Shown here: piece after piece, positions 11,200-18,952 of the stretch | How positions within the stretch are numbered: the first letter of the stretch is position 1 | How the letters are laid out: each line of letters opens with the position of its first letter | Assembly: GCA_965221125.1 (NCBI GenBank) | Contig: CBDCRW010000007.1 | Span: forward strand, 576,001 to 640,000 | DNA length: 64,000 nt | Origin: Alphaproteobacteria bacterium | GTDB lineage: Bacteria > Pseudomonadota > Alphaproteobacteria > UBA828 | Direction of reading: 5' to 3' | Notes under the pieces: generated by a model | Databases searched by the model: none | Seen by the model: the letters and a program-made list of their open reading frames with translations, nothing else | Told to the model about the DNA's origin: nothing | Program-made: the position numbers and the translations under genes

Positions 11200-11625
11200 G
11201 TGACGGAGAAGAGAGTGGAGCTCCCGGCCAGGTACAGGCCAACGAGCAAGGAAGAGTTCATGTCGCCGCAGATGCGGGAGTACTTCCGGCGCAAGCTGGA
11301 AGTGTGGCGGCAGGACATCCTGGACGAGACGGACGCGACGCTGGAGAAGCTCAGGCTCGATACCGGGCACGAGGCAGACTTGGCGGATCGCGCCGCCGTC
11401 GAGTCCGAGCGGTCGGTCCAGCTTCGCACGCGAGACCGTGCCCGCAAGCTCATCTCGAAGATCGAGGCGGCATTGCAGCGGATCGAGGACGGCTCCTACG
11501 GCTATTGCGAGGAGACCGCCGAGCCGATCAGCATCCGCCGCCTCGAAGCCCGCCCGATCGCGACCCTCAGCGTCGAGGCCCAGGAGCGCCACGAGCGCCA
11601 CGAGCGCACCCACCGCGACGGTTGA
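11200..11625 (+). CDS. dksA: RNA polymerase-binding protein DksA (one-Cys, non-zinc alphaproteobacterial type)
   Basis: EEFMSPQMREYFR, DLADRA coiled-coil tip, GSYGYCEETAEPISIRRLEARPIATLSVEAQE. Confidence 0.95.
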   Translation: MTEKRVELPARYRPTSKEEFMSPQMREYFRRKLEVWRQDILDETDATLEKLRLDTGHEADLADRAAVESERSVQLRTRDRARKLISKIEAALQRIEDGSYGYCEETAEPISIRRLEARPIATLSVEAQERHERHERTHRDG

Positions 11626-11652
11626 TCGCCGATTCGGCCCGTTTGCCGGGCA

Positions 11653-12621
11653 TTACTTTGACCCATCAGCCGAGGCGCGTTCAGCTGCGAGCGGATGTCC
11701 GTGCTCGGCCGCGAGCGCGAACCAGTGGCGGGCGCGTTCGAGATCGCGGGGCACGCCATGGCCGCGTTCGTGGATCAAGCCCAAGTTGAATTCGGCGAGC
11801 GCAAAGCCGCGTTCGGCAGCGGCGCGGTGGTGGGCGAGGCCGCGCGGGGTATCCGCTGCCGTACCGGCGCCCGCGAGCAGGGTCAGACCCACCCAGTACC
11901 GCGCGAATAGCTCGTCGCCCTGGGCGTCGCCGGCCGGTGGGGAGCGGTGTGCGGCGCGCGTGCCAGCAGCGGCGATTTCCAACCATTGGTCGGAGCCGGG
12001 GCCGAGGATGCCGGTGGCAGCATCGTGCCGCGCGTCGAGAACGGCCTTCATGGCGGCCGCCGCAGCGGAGCGGAACAGAACGGCGGCGTACGGCTCGTCG
12101 CGGATCGTACCGCCTCCGGCGTCGTGAAGTTTGCCGAGTGCGAGCAACCCTTGCGGATCGCCCGCCGCAGCCGCGGCGCGCAGATGCCGCAGCGCCGCCA
12201 TGTCGTTGCCGGCGACGTCCCGCGCGATCAGACCGAGGGCGAGATGAGCCGCCGCATCGCCTCGCGCGGCCATGTCGGCGAGGTGGGCACGCGCGCCTTC
12301 GTGCCGCTGGGCCGCGGCGCGCTCCAGCCACATGAACGCTTCGGCCCGGTCGTGAGTTGGCCCGTCCTCGTCGAGGTGCGCAAGCGCCAGCAGGTACTGG
12401 GAGGCCGCATGACCCTGAACCGCCATGTTGAGCAGAACCAAGTGGCCCTCCACGCCCGCATCGGGCGATGCCGTGAGCCGGTGGGTCATGGCTGCGCTCT
12501 GTTCGACGTCCGGCGCGGCGGCCGGCGTCGACGTATCCGGTTCCGCCGAGGCCCCGAGCGGAACGAGCAGGCACGCCGCGATGGGGACCAGGCGGGCAAG
12601 CAGGAGCGGGCGAGGGGGCAT
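11653..12621 (-). CDS. exported Sel1-repeat protein
   Basis: Signal peptide; AEFNLGLIHERGHGVPRDLERARHWFALAAEHG and related repeats. Confidence 0.8.
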   Translation of the reverse strand: MPPRPLLLARLVPIAACLLVPLGASAEPDTSTPAAAPDVEQSAAMTHRLTASPDAGVEGHLVLLNMAVQGHAASQYLLALAHLDEDGPTHDRAEAFMWLERAAAQRHEGARAHLADMAARGDAAAHLALGLIARDVAGNDMAALRHLRAAAAAGDPQGLLALGKLHDAGGGTIRDEPYAAVLFRSAAAAAMKAVLDARHDAATGILGPGSDQWLEIAAAGTRAAHRSPPAGDAQGDELFARYWVGLTLLAGAGTAADTPRGLAHHRAAAERGFALAEFNLGLIHERGHGVPRDLERARHWFALAAEHGHPLAAERASADGSK

Positions 12622-12701
12622 GGGCGGAGCGTACCACCGGGCGCCGCCCCGCCCGAGGGTGGCCCTGCATCACCCCGAAGGAACGCTGACATCGTGTGGC
12701 G

Positions 12702-12735
12702 GGAGCGCGTCCGACATGCACGGACGCGCGACAGG
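12702..12735. repeat. left part of a 146-bp multi-hairpin repeat (copy 1), split by the transposon
   Basis: GGAGCGCGTCCG-ACATGCA-CGGACGCGC-GACAGG matches 39043-39076 except in the loop. Confidence 0.9.
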
Positions 12736-12881
12736 TGTTGTTTTCCGGTCTAGCCGGATAGAAGCACGGGTTTTTTTCTCACTTTGATTGGTTGGTGGAT
12801 TTCCCGGGATGGTGGCCGAGTGCGGGAAGGACGCTGCCTGCGGCATTTTTTTGATCCTCAGCAGAATCCTCATTGCTGTTG

Positions 12882-13015
12882 AAGCTGTGGAGCGGTGGGC
12901 GCGAGATCGGCGAGTGTGGTCAGGCGGTGGGCAAGCGCCAGCTTGTCCACGGGCTGTCCACACGGTCCGCAGGACGCCGATCGGTCCGCAGGACGCGTCC
13001 ACGGCTCCACAGCTT
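12882..13015. repeat. nested long imperfect palindrome with DnaA-box-like TCCAC(A/G) units in the transposon left end
   Basis: Arms 12882-12903/12994-13015 (20/22) and 12914-12936/12941-12963 (19/23); 15-bp direct repeat CGGTCCGCAGGACGC at 12963 and 12982. Confidence 0.8.
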
Positions 13016-13104
13016 GGCGGCGGCGGGGAGCGTCCGTAATCTTGGCCTCTCACTGAACGACAAAGAGAGGCCCGGGGGACGGAACTCCCGCCGGGCCAGG
13101 GCCG

Positions 13105-13740
13105 GTGCAGCTTCGCTACGAAACGGGGCTCACCAGCGAGGAATACGTTAAGACCGAGGCGTGGCGCGACGCAAGGCTTGAGCGCTGCCCGAATCACCCG
13201 CACGGCGGATGTTCTGTGGCAAGCCACGGCACCTACGAGCGGAAGACCCCGCCCGGCGCAAGGGTTCCTCGCTGGTATTGCCGTGAGAGCCATACGACCA
13301 TCGGCCTGCTGGCCGACTGTCTGGCGGCGCGGCTGCCGGGCACGCTCGATGCGCTGGAAGCGGTTGTTGTCGTGGCGGAGGAGGCCGGCAGCCTGGAGGA
13401 GGCAGCGGACGAGGTGCGCTGCCCCGAGGACGAGGACGCCATCGAGCTTCCCGGCGCCGTGCGTTGGATCCGCCGCAGGCTGAAGCTTGTGCACGACGCG
13501 CTTGTGCGCGTCATCGGCCTGATCCCCGACCTGCTCGCGGGCTGCGCGCCCACCATGAGCGCGGTGCGCGAGCGTCTGAAGAGCGACAGCGCGTTGATGG
13601 AACTGCGCGGCCTGGTCGCCGGGCAGCTCCGGACGCTACCCGCGCCTCTGGGCTTCCAACCCCACGGCATCGACGTGGGGAATCGCAAACCGCAGTTCCA
13701 ACAACGGGCGGGGCCGGACCCGCCGCCGGAGAGTTCGTAG
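13105..13740 (+). CDS. transposon accessory protein with putative Zn-binding Cys/His motifs (DUF6431-like)
   Basis: CPNH..GGC..HGTYER..RWYC..SHTTIGLLADC; first gene of the element; family assignment from memory, not searched. Confidence 0.6.
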   Translation: MQLRYETGLTSEEYVKTEAWRDARLERCPNHPHGGCSVASHGTYERKTPPGARVPRWYCRESHTTIGLLADCLAARLPGTLDALEAVVVVAEEAGSLEEAADEVRCPEDEDAIELPGAVRWIRRRLKLVHDALVRVIGLIPDLLAGCAPTMSAVRERLKSDSALMELRGLVAGQLRTLPAPLGFQPHGIDVGNRKPQFQQRAGPDPPPESS

Positions 13741-13785
13741 CGTGACGATCCCGGGGCCAGGGAGTCCCTGAACGAGGATCGCACC

Positions 13786-15114
13786 ATGAACAGCTCAGAC
13801 GACGACCTTCGCCAACAGATCGCGCTCTTCCGATACGACGTCATCGCCGATCTGGTGCATCTGCCCGTGGGTGCACCGGGTGCCGGCGCGATGATGCGCG
13901 CCAAAGCCGAGAAGACCTACACGATCCCCGGAACCACCAGGACCCGGGTCGCCGCCGAGACCATGCGGCGCTGGATCAAGGACTACCGCTACGGCGGCTT
14001 CGACGCGCTCTACCCCAAGCCCCGCACCGACCGGGGGAAGCCCCGGCGGCTGCCGCCCGAGGTCGCCGAGCGCCTCATCGCGCTGAAGACCGAGAACGAC
14101 GCATTGTCGGTTCGCGCCATCATCCAGAAGGTCAAGGAGGAGGGTATCGACCACCCGCTCGCCTCGTCCACCGTGCACCGCCTCTTCAGCCGCGAGGGCC
14201 TGTTCGACAAGAAGCCGCCCGACGGGGCGGATCGCCGCCGCTTCGCCTTCCGGCATGCCGGCGAGATGTGGATGAGCGACGTCATGCACGGACCCAAGGT
14301 CCGGCACGGCCGAACCCGGCGCAAGACCTACCTGATCGCCTTCATCGACGACGCCACCCGCGTCATCCCGTTCGCCGCCTTCGCCATGGCGGAGAACACT
14401 GCGGCGTTCCTGCCGGTGTTCAAGGACGCGCTGATCCGGCGCGGCCTCCCGGCCCGCTTGTACGTCGACAACGGAAGCGCCTACCGCTCCCGTCATCTCT
14501 CCCTGGTCTGCGCCAGGCTCGGCGTTGCGTTGATTCACGCAAGGGCGTTCCAGCCAGCGGGAAAGGGTAAGATCGAGCGCTTCTTCCGCACCCTCCGGGC
14601 CGGCTGGCTCCGCCACCTCGGCGATGACGTCGACAGCCTGGAGGCGCTCAACCGCAGCCTCTGGGCCTGGATCGAGGGGGAGTATCACAACAGCCCGCAT
14701 CGTGGCCTCGACGAGGGGCGCACCCCGCTTGAGCAGTGGGCGCTGGCCTCGGCCGGCGTGCGCTATCCCGACGCCACCATGGACCTCGACGATCTGTTCC
14801 TCTTCGAGGCCAGGCGCCGTGTCTACAAGGACCGCACCGTTAGTCTGAACGGCCGCGTCTACGAGGTCGACGCCCTCCTGGTGGGTCAGAACGTCATCCT
14901 GCGCTACGACCCGGCCGCGCCGCCCTCGCGCCCTCTCGACGTGGTCCATGACGGCAAGCCGGCCGGCAAGGCCAGCCCTCTCGACGCCTACGCCAATACC
15001 GCCGTCAGGCGCACCTACCCGGCCAGGGAGATCGAGGCCGAAGATCCGGCGCCCGAGCCTCCGCCCTCGCCGCTGGCCATGCGCAACCTCAAGGACAAGA
15101 AGGAGGACGAGTGA
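13786..15114 (+). CDS. DDE transposase/integrase (rve core, N-terminal HTHs, Mu-transposase-like C terminus)
   Basis: WMSDVMHG, IAFIDDATR, LYVDNGSAY, KGKIERFFRT; RRVYKDRTVSLNGRVYEV. Confidence 0.93.
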   Translation: MNSSDDDLRQQIALFRYDVIADLVHLPVGAPGAGAMMRAKAEKTYTIPGTTRTRVAAETMRRWIKDYRYGGFDALYPKPRTDRGKPRRLPPEVAERLIALKTENDALSVRAIIQKVKEEGIDHPLASSTVHRLFSREGLFDKKPPDGADRRRFAFRHAGEMWMSDVMHGPKVRHGRTRRKTYLIAFIDDATRVIPFAAFAMAENTAAFLPVFKDALIRRGLPARLYVDNGSAYRSRHLSLVCARLGVALIHARAFQPAGKGKIERFFRTLRAGWLRHLGDDVDSLEALNRSLWAWIEGEYHNSPHRGLDEGRTPLEQWALASAGVRYPDATMDLDDLFLFEARRRVYKDRTVSLNGRVYEVDALLVGQNVILRYDPAAPPSRPLDVVHDGKPAGKASPLDAYANTAVRRTYPAREIEAEDPAPEPPPSPLAMRNLKDKKEDE

Positions 15115-15914
15115 TGTACCTGCGCCACTTCGCCTTCACCCGCCTGCCCTTCGAGACCCCGGCAGAGACCGACGAGCTGTTCGAGTCCAACGCGCGCCGC
15201 GAGGCCGAGGCCAGGCTCGGCCACCTCATCGACCTGCGCGGCATCGGCCTGCTCACCGGCGAGGTGGGCTCCGGCAAGACCACCGTGTGCCGGCATCTGA
15301 CCGCGCAGCTTCATCCAGGCCTCTACCGGGTCCACTACGTCTCGCTGACCACGGGCAACGTGCTCGACATGTACAAGGCGATCGCGTGGGAGATCGGCCT
15401 GCCCATCGAGCGCTCCCGCGCCTCGGCCTATCAGGCCATCCGAAACGAGATCTCCCGCCTCGTCACCGAGGCCAAGCAGCTGCCGGTCCTCGTCATCGAC
15501 GAGGCCCATCATCTGCGCAACGACGTCCTTGAGGACCTGCGCCTGCTCACCAACTTCGCCATGGATGCAGAGCAGCGCCTGTGCCTCGTCCTCGTCGGTC
15601 TGACCGAGCTCAGGCGCCGCCTGGCCATGGCCATGCACGAATCCCTCAGCCAGCGCCTCGTCGTCCGCCACCACCTGAGCGGTCTCGACCGCGACGAGGT
15701 CGACGCTTACATCAAGCACCGCCTCAGGCTCGCGGGATGCGAACTGCCGCTGTTCGAAGAGCCCGCCGTCGAGGCCCTGTTCCAGGGCGCGCGCGGCCTG
15801 CCGCGCCAGATCAACCGCATCGCCCACTACGCGCTCTCCGCCGCCGCTCTCGACGAGGCGAGGACCGTCAGTGCCGACCACCTGCAGCACGCGCTCGAGG
15901 AACTGCGGCCATGA
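15111..15914 (+). CDS. ExeA/TnsC-like AAA+ transposition helper ATPase
   Basis: Walker A GEVGSGKT, Walker B LVIDEAH, LVLVG..EL, GLPRQIN; coupled to the transposase. Confidence 0.9.
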   Translation: MMYLRHFAFTRLPFETPAETDELFESNARREAEARLGHLIDLRGIGLLTGEVGSGKTTVCRHLTAQLHPGLYRVHYVSLTTGNVLDMYKAIAWEIGLPIERSRASAYQAIRNEISRLVTEAKQLPVLVIDEAHHLRNDVLEDLRLLTNFAMDAEQRLCLVLVGLTELRRRLAMAMHESLSQRLVVRHHLSGLDRDEVDAYIKHRLRLAGCELPLFEEPAVEALFQGARGLPRQINRIAHYALSAAALDEARTVSADHLQHALEELRP

Positions 15915-16951
15915 CCGGCTTCCCGACCCGCGCCCCGATCGAGCTGGAGGAGCGGCCGCGCGAGCAGCAATGGCTGGTGGACACGCTATGGGGCGAGCAG
16001 GCCGTCGGCATCGTCGGCGGCGAGCCGAAGTGCGGCAAGTCCATCCTGGCGCTGGACCTCGCGGTCGCAGTCGCCGCCGGCGTCCCATGCCTGCGGCACT
16101 TCGCCCCGGCCCGGCCTGGCCCGGTCCTGCTGTTCGCCGCAGAAGACGCCGGCCACCTCGTGCGCAAGCGCCTGCAGGGGATCGCCCGCGCCGCAGGCGC
16201 CCGCTTCGAGACCCTCGACATCGCCGTCATCGACGTGCCCACACTGCGCCTCGACCATCTCGACGACCGCCGCCGCCTGCAGCAGACCGTGGAGCGCATC
16301 GCACCGCGCCTCGTGGTCCTCGACCCCCTGGTCCGCCTGCACGGCGTGGACGAGAACACGGTTGCGGACGTCGCCCCGATCCTCGGCTTCCTGCGCGACC
16401 TGCAACGCCGCTTCGAGACCGCCGTCCTCCTCGTCCACCACGCCCGCAAGAGCGGGGCCACGAGGCCGGGGCAGGCCCTGCGGGGCAGCAGTGAGCTGCA
16501 CGCCTGGGGGGACTCGAACCTCTACCTGCGCCGCCGGGACCGGCAGACCCTCATGACCGTCGAGCATCGCGCCGCACGCGGTCTCGACGACATCGAGATC
16601 GAGCTCAAGGAAGACGGAGAGGAGCCCTCCTTCCGGCTGCGCCAGCCGCCCACGGCCGGCGGCGGGGCGCCTCAGCCCGAAACACCCGAATGCCGCGTTC
16701 TCAAGGCGCTCGCCGACGCCGGGGCGCCGCTCTCGCAACGCCAGATCCGGGAACGCGCCGCGACCCGGCACAAGACCGTCGGCGTAATCTTGCAAAAGCT
16801 CGTCCAGGAGGGTCGCGTCGCGCGCAACGCCGAGGGCGGCTACAGCGTCGTCGCAGGCGCAGCGGACAAGCGGGCGGCGGCCGCCGCCGCCAACGGCAGC
16901 AGTCGGCCGCAGGCCCCGCGGTTCCCGGAGCCCGGTTCCGCCAACGCCTAG
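15911..16951 (+). CDS. AAA_25 / RepA-like (RecA-fold, SF4-helicase-like) ATPase with C-terminal winged helix
   Basis: GGEPKCGKS, LFAAED, LVVLDP, VLLVHHARK, LRGSSEL; C-terminal LSQRQIRERAATRHKTVGVILQKLVQEG; ATGA overlap with the upstream ATPase. Confidence 0.82.
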   Translation: MTGFPTRAPIELEERPREQQWLVDTLWGEQAVGIVGGEPKCGKSILALDLAVAVAAGVPCLRHFAPARPGPVLLFAAEDAGHLVRKRLQGIARAAGARFETLDIAVIDVPTLRLDHLDDRRRLQQTVERIAPRLVVLDPLVRLHGVDENTVADVAPILGFLRDLQRRFETAVLLVHHARKSGATRPGQALRGSSELHAWGDSNLYLRRRDRQTLMTVEHRAARGLDDIEIELKEDGEEPSFRLRQPPTAGGGAPQPETPECRVLKALADAGAPLSQRQIRERAATRHKTVGVILQKLVQEGRVARNAEGGYSVVAGAADKRAAAAAANGSSRPQAPRFPEPGSANA

Positions 16952-17282
16952 GGGTTCGAGCCGGAACCGCCGTCGGGAACCACCCTTCCCCAACGGTCCG
17001 GAAGGCGCTGCGCCTCCACCGGGATACTACGTCAGGTGAGCGGCCAGTCCGTGGCCGGAAGCTTGCTTCAGGCCATGGCAGCACTTCGTCGTGTGGACGG
17101 TGGCGAGTCACCCGAAGGGCCGAAGCGAAGCGCAGGAGCGGCGCAGCCGCTTGACGCGCCGACGGCCGCGCGACACCTCGTCAGCTCTCCTCAAGCACCA
17201 GTCCAAACCTCAATCAGACAGCGACCCCGGACCGCCCGCAGAGACCATGAGCTCCTACGCTTCGATCCGGAAAAGACCGAGC

Positions 17283-17356
17283 AATCTGGGAAATCAGGGC
17301 AGCGATCACGTCAAATAATCTGGGAGATTCGGCGTCAAATAACGTGCGAAACAACA
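17283..17356. repeat. repeated putative transposase-binding sites at the transposon right end
   Basis: CGTCAAATAA at 17309 and 17333; AATCTGGGA(A/G)AT at 17283 and 17317. Confidence 0.65.
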
Positions 17357-17473
17357 ACAGGCCGCGACCGCGGCCCGCCGCGAATGCGGCGCGCCCGCGC
17401 AGGCGTTGGCCGCAGGCCAACTGCCGTGAGCGACAAAGAATCAGAGCGTTTCCGTGAAAAACGGAAACGCTCT
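17357..17473. repeat. right part of the 146-bp multi-hairpin repeat (copy 1)
   Basis: Colinear with 39072-39188; ends in hairpin AGAGCGTTTCCGT-GAAAA-ACGGAAACGCTCT, which overlaps the fixK stop codon. Confidence 0.9.
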
Positions 17474-18173
17474 AAGGCCCCTCGTCCGTCGCTGCCTCGA
17501 GGCGGCGTCGGTCGCGGATGACGACGCCGGAAAACGGCCGCAGGACGTCGATGACGCCGTCTCGCGCCAGTTGGGCGAGGGCCCGGCTCACCGTCTCCGA
17601 AGCCAGCCCGAGATAGTCGCCGATTTCCAGCTGGCTCATGGGTAGCGGGACTGTCTGGCGGCCGTCGTTGTCCGGCGCACCGCAGCGCTGCGCGCATTCC
17701 AGCAGGAAGCAGGCGATTCGCTCCCGCGCCGTCTTGCGCCCGAGCCACAACAGCCGCTCCTGAGTGGCGGCGACCTCTCGATCGAGGGCCACGAGCAGGT
17801 CTTCGTGCAGCGTCGGCGATTGCCTGGAGAGTTCCCCCACGCGCGTGCGGGGGACCGAGCAGACGCTGGCCCGGTCGAGGGCTTCGGCGCCGTAGGCGTA
17901 GTGCTCGCCGACGGTGAGCCCCACAAGGTCGCCCGGAAAGAAGAACGCGATGATCTGCCGCCGTCCGTCCTTGGTCGCCTTGTAGCCGGCAATGGTTCCG
18001 CTGAGCACGCGGTGGAAGCGGTCGGCGGAATCACCCTCGAGAACCAGCGATTCGTGGGGCGCCAGATGCCTGATGACGCCGATGGCGTCGAGCCGGTCGA
18101 AGACCGCCTGCGGCCTTTCGACGCGCACCCGATCGGTCAGTGGATGTGTGGCGGCAACCCTCATTGTGGGCAT
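17472..18173 (-). CDS. fixK: Crp/Fnr-family regulator, FixK-like (no N-terminal Fe-S cysteines)
   Basis: DGRRQIIAFFFPGD, LGRKTARERIA, EIGDYLGLASETVSR HTH; downstream of fixLJ. Confidence 0.8.
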   Translation of the reverse strand: MPTMRVAATHPLTDRVRVERPQAVFDRLDAIGVIRHLAPHESLVLEGDSADRFHRVLSGTIAGYKATKDGRRQIIAFFFPGDLVGLTVGEHYAYGAEALDRASVCSVPRTRVGELSRQSPTLHEDLLVALDREVAATQERLLWLGRKTARERIACFLLECAQRCGAPDNDGRQTVPLPMSQLEIGDYLGLASETVSRALAQLARDGVIDVLRPFSGVVIRDRRRLEAATDEGP

Positions 18174-18250
18174 TCCTCCCCGCGTCCGTCCCGGGTCTCC
18201 GGCGGGGAATGTGGTGGGTTTCGCCGCAGCATGTAATTGGGGCGGTTGCG

Positions 18251-18266
18251 TAAGGGATTGCCCTTA
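18251..18266. promoter_or_regulatory. palindromic operator TAAGGG-N4-CCCTTA upstream of fixK, candidate FixJ site
   Basis: Perfect 6-bp arms about 80 bp upstream of the fixK start; FixJ activation of fixK is established in rhizobia. Confidence 0.55.
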
Positions 18267-18325
18267 TGGCGCACGCCGTAAGGCGTCCGGCATCGGCGCG
18301 GCGCTTCCTGGGTGGCCCAGGAAAT

Positions 18326-18952
18326 TCAGATGTCGCCCATGTCCACCTGCGCGATCACGGCCATGCGCACGAGATGAGACAGGCTGCGCGCCTGCAGTTT
18401 CTCCATGACCCGCGCGCGGTGCACTTCGACCGTGCGCGGGCTGATGCCGAGGTCGCGGGCGACGGCCTTGTTCGAGCTGCCGCGTGCCAGCCGCTCGAAG
18501 ACCTCGCGCTCCCGCGCGGTCAGCCGGCCGAGCCGTCGGCCGATGTCGTGACGCCGTGCCTCGCGGCCGAGGGCCTCTTCGCGCGAGGCAAGCGCCTGGG
18601 CGATGCCGTCCAGGATCGTGCGGTCCGCAAAGGGTTTTTCGACGAAGTCCACGGCGCCCGCCTTGATCGCCTTGACCGCCATGGCGATGTCGCCGTGGCC
18701 CGTGATGATGATGACCGGCAGCGTCGGTGCGGCGGTCGCCAGCCTCCGCTGCAGTTCCAGCCCGTCCATTTCCGGCATCCGCACGTCGACGAGGGCGCAG
18801 GCGGGCAGGGCCTCGGGCAGGGAGTCCAGGAAGGCCGGGCCCGAGGGATAGGTGTCCACCTCGTAGCCTTCCGCCTCCAGCAGCGCGCTCAGGGAATCGC
18901 GCACGGCGTCGTCGTCGTCGATGACCGCGACCAGGACGGCGCCGTCAGCCAT
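18326..18952 (-). CDS. fixJ: FixJ-type response regulator (REC + LuxR HTH)
   Basis: VIDDDDAVRDSL, DVRMPEMDGLEL, GAVDFVEKPF, LGISPRTVEVHRARVMEKLQA. Confidence 0.93.
   Translation of the reverse strand: MADGAVLVAVIDDDDAVRDSLSALLEAEGYEVDTYPSGPAFLDSLPEALPACALVDVRMPEMDGLELQRRLATAAPTLPVIIITGHGDIAMAVKAIKAGAVDFVEKPFADRTILDGIAQALASREEALGREARRHDIGRRLGRLTAREREVFERLARGSSNKAVARDLGISPRTVEVHRARVMEKLQARSLSHLVRMAVIAQVDMGDI

Larger units (their letters stand above)
12736..17356 (+). mobile_element. four-gene DDE transposon, 4621 bp, Mu/Tn7-like ends, 5-bp target duplication ACAGG
   Basis: Ends TGTTGTTT (12736) and AAACAACA (17356); ACAGG at 12731-12735 and 17357-17361; removing the element restores a repeat also found intact at 39043-39188. 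Confidence 0.93.

Noticed and set aside
17036-17521. 161-aa ORF at the transposon right end
   Set aside because: It runs across the transposon terminus, the repeat and into fixK, and has no recognisable motifs; likely spurious.
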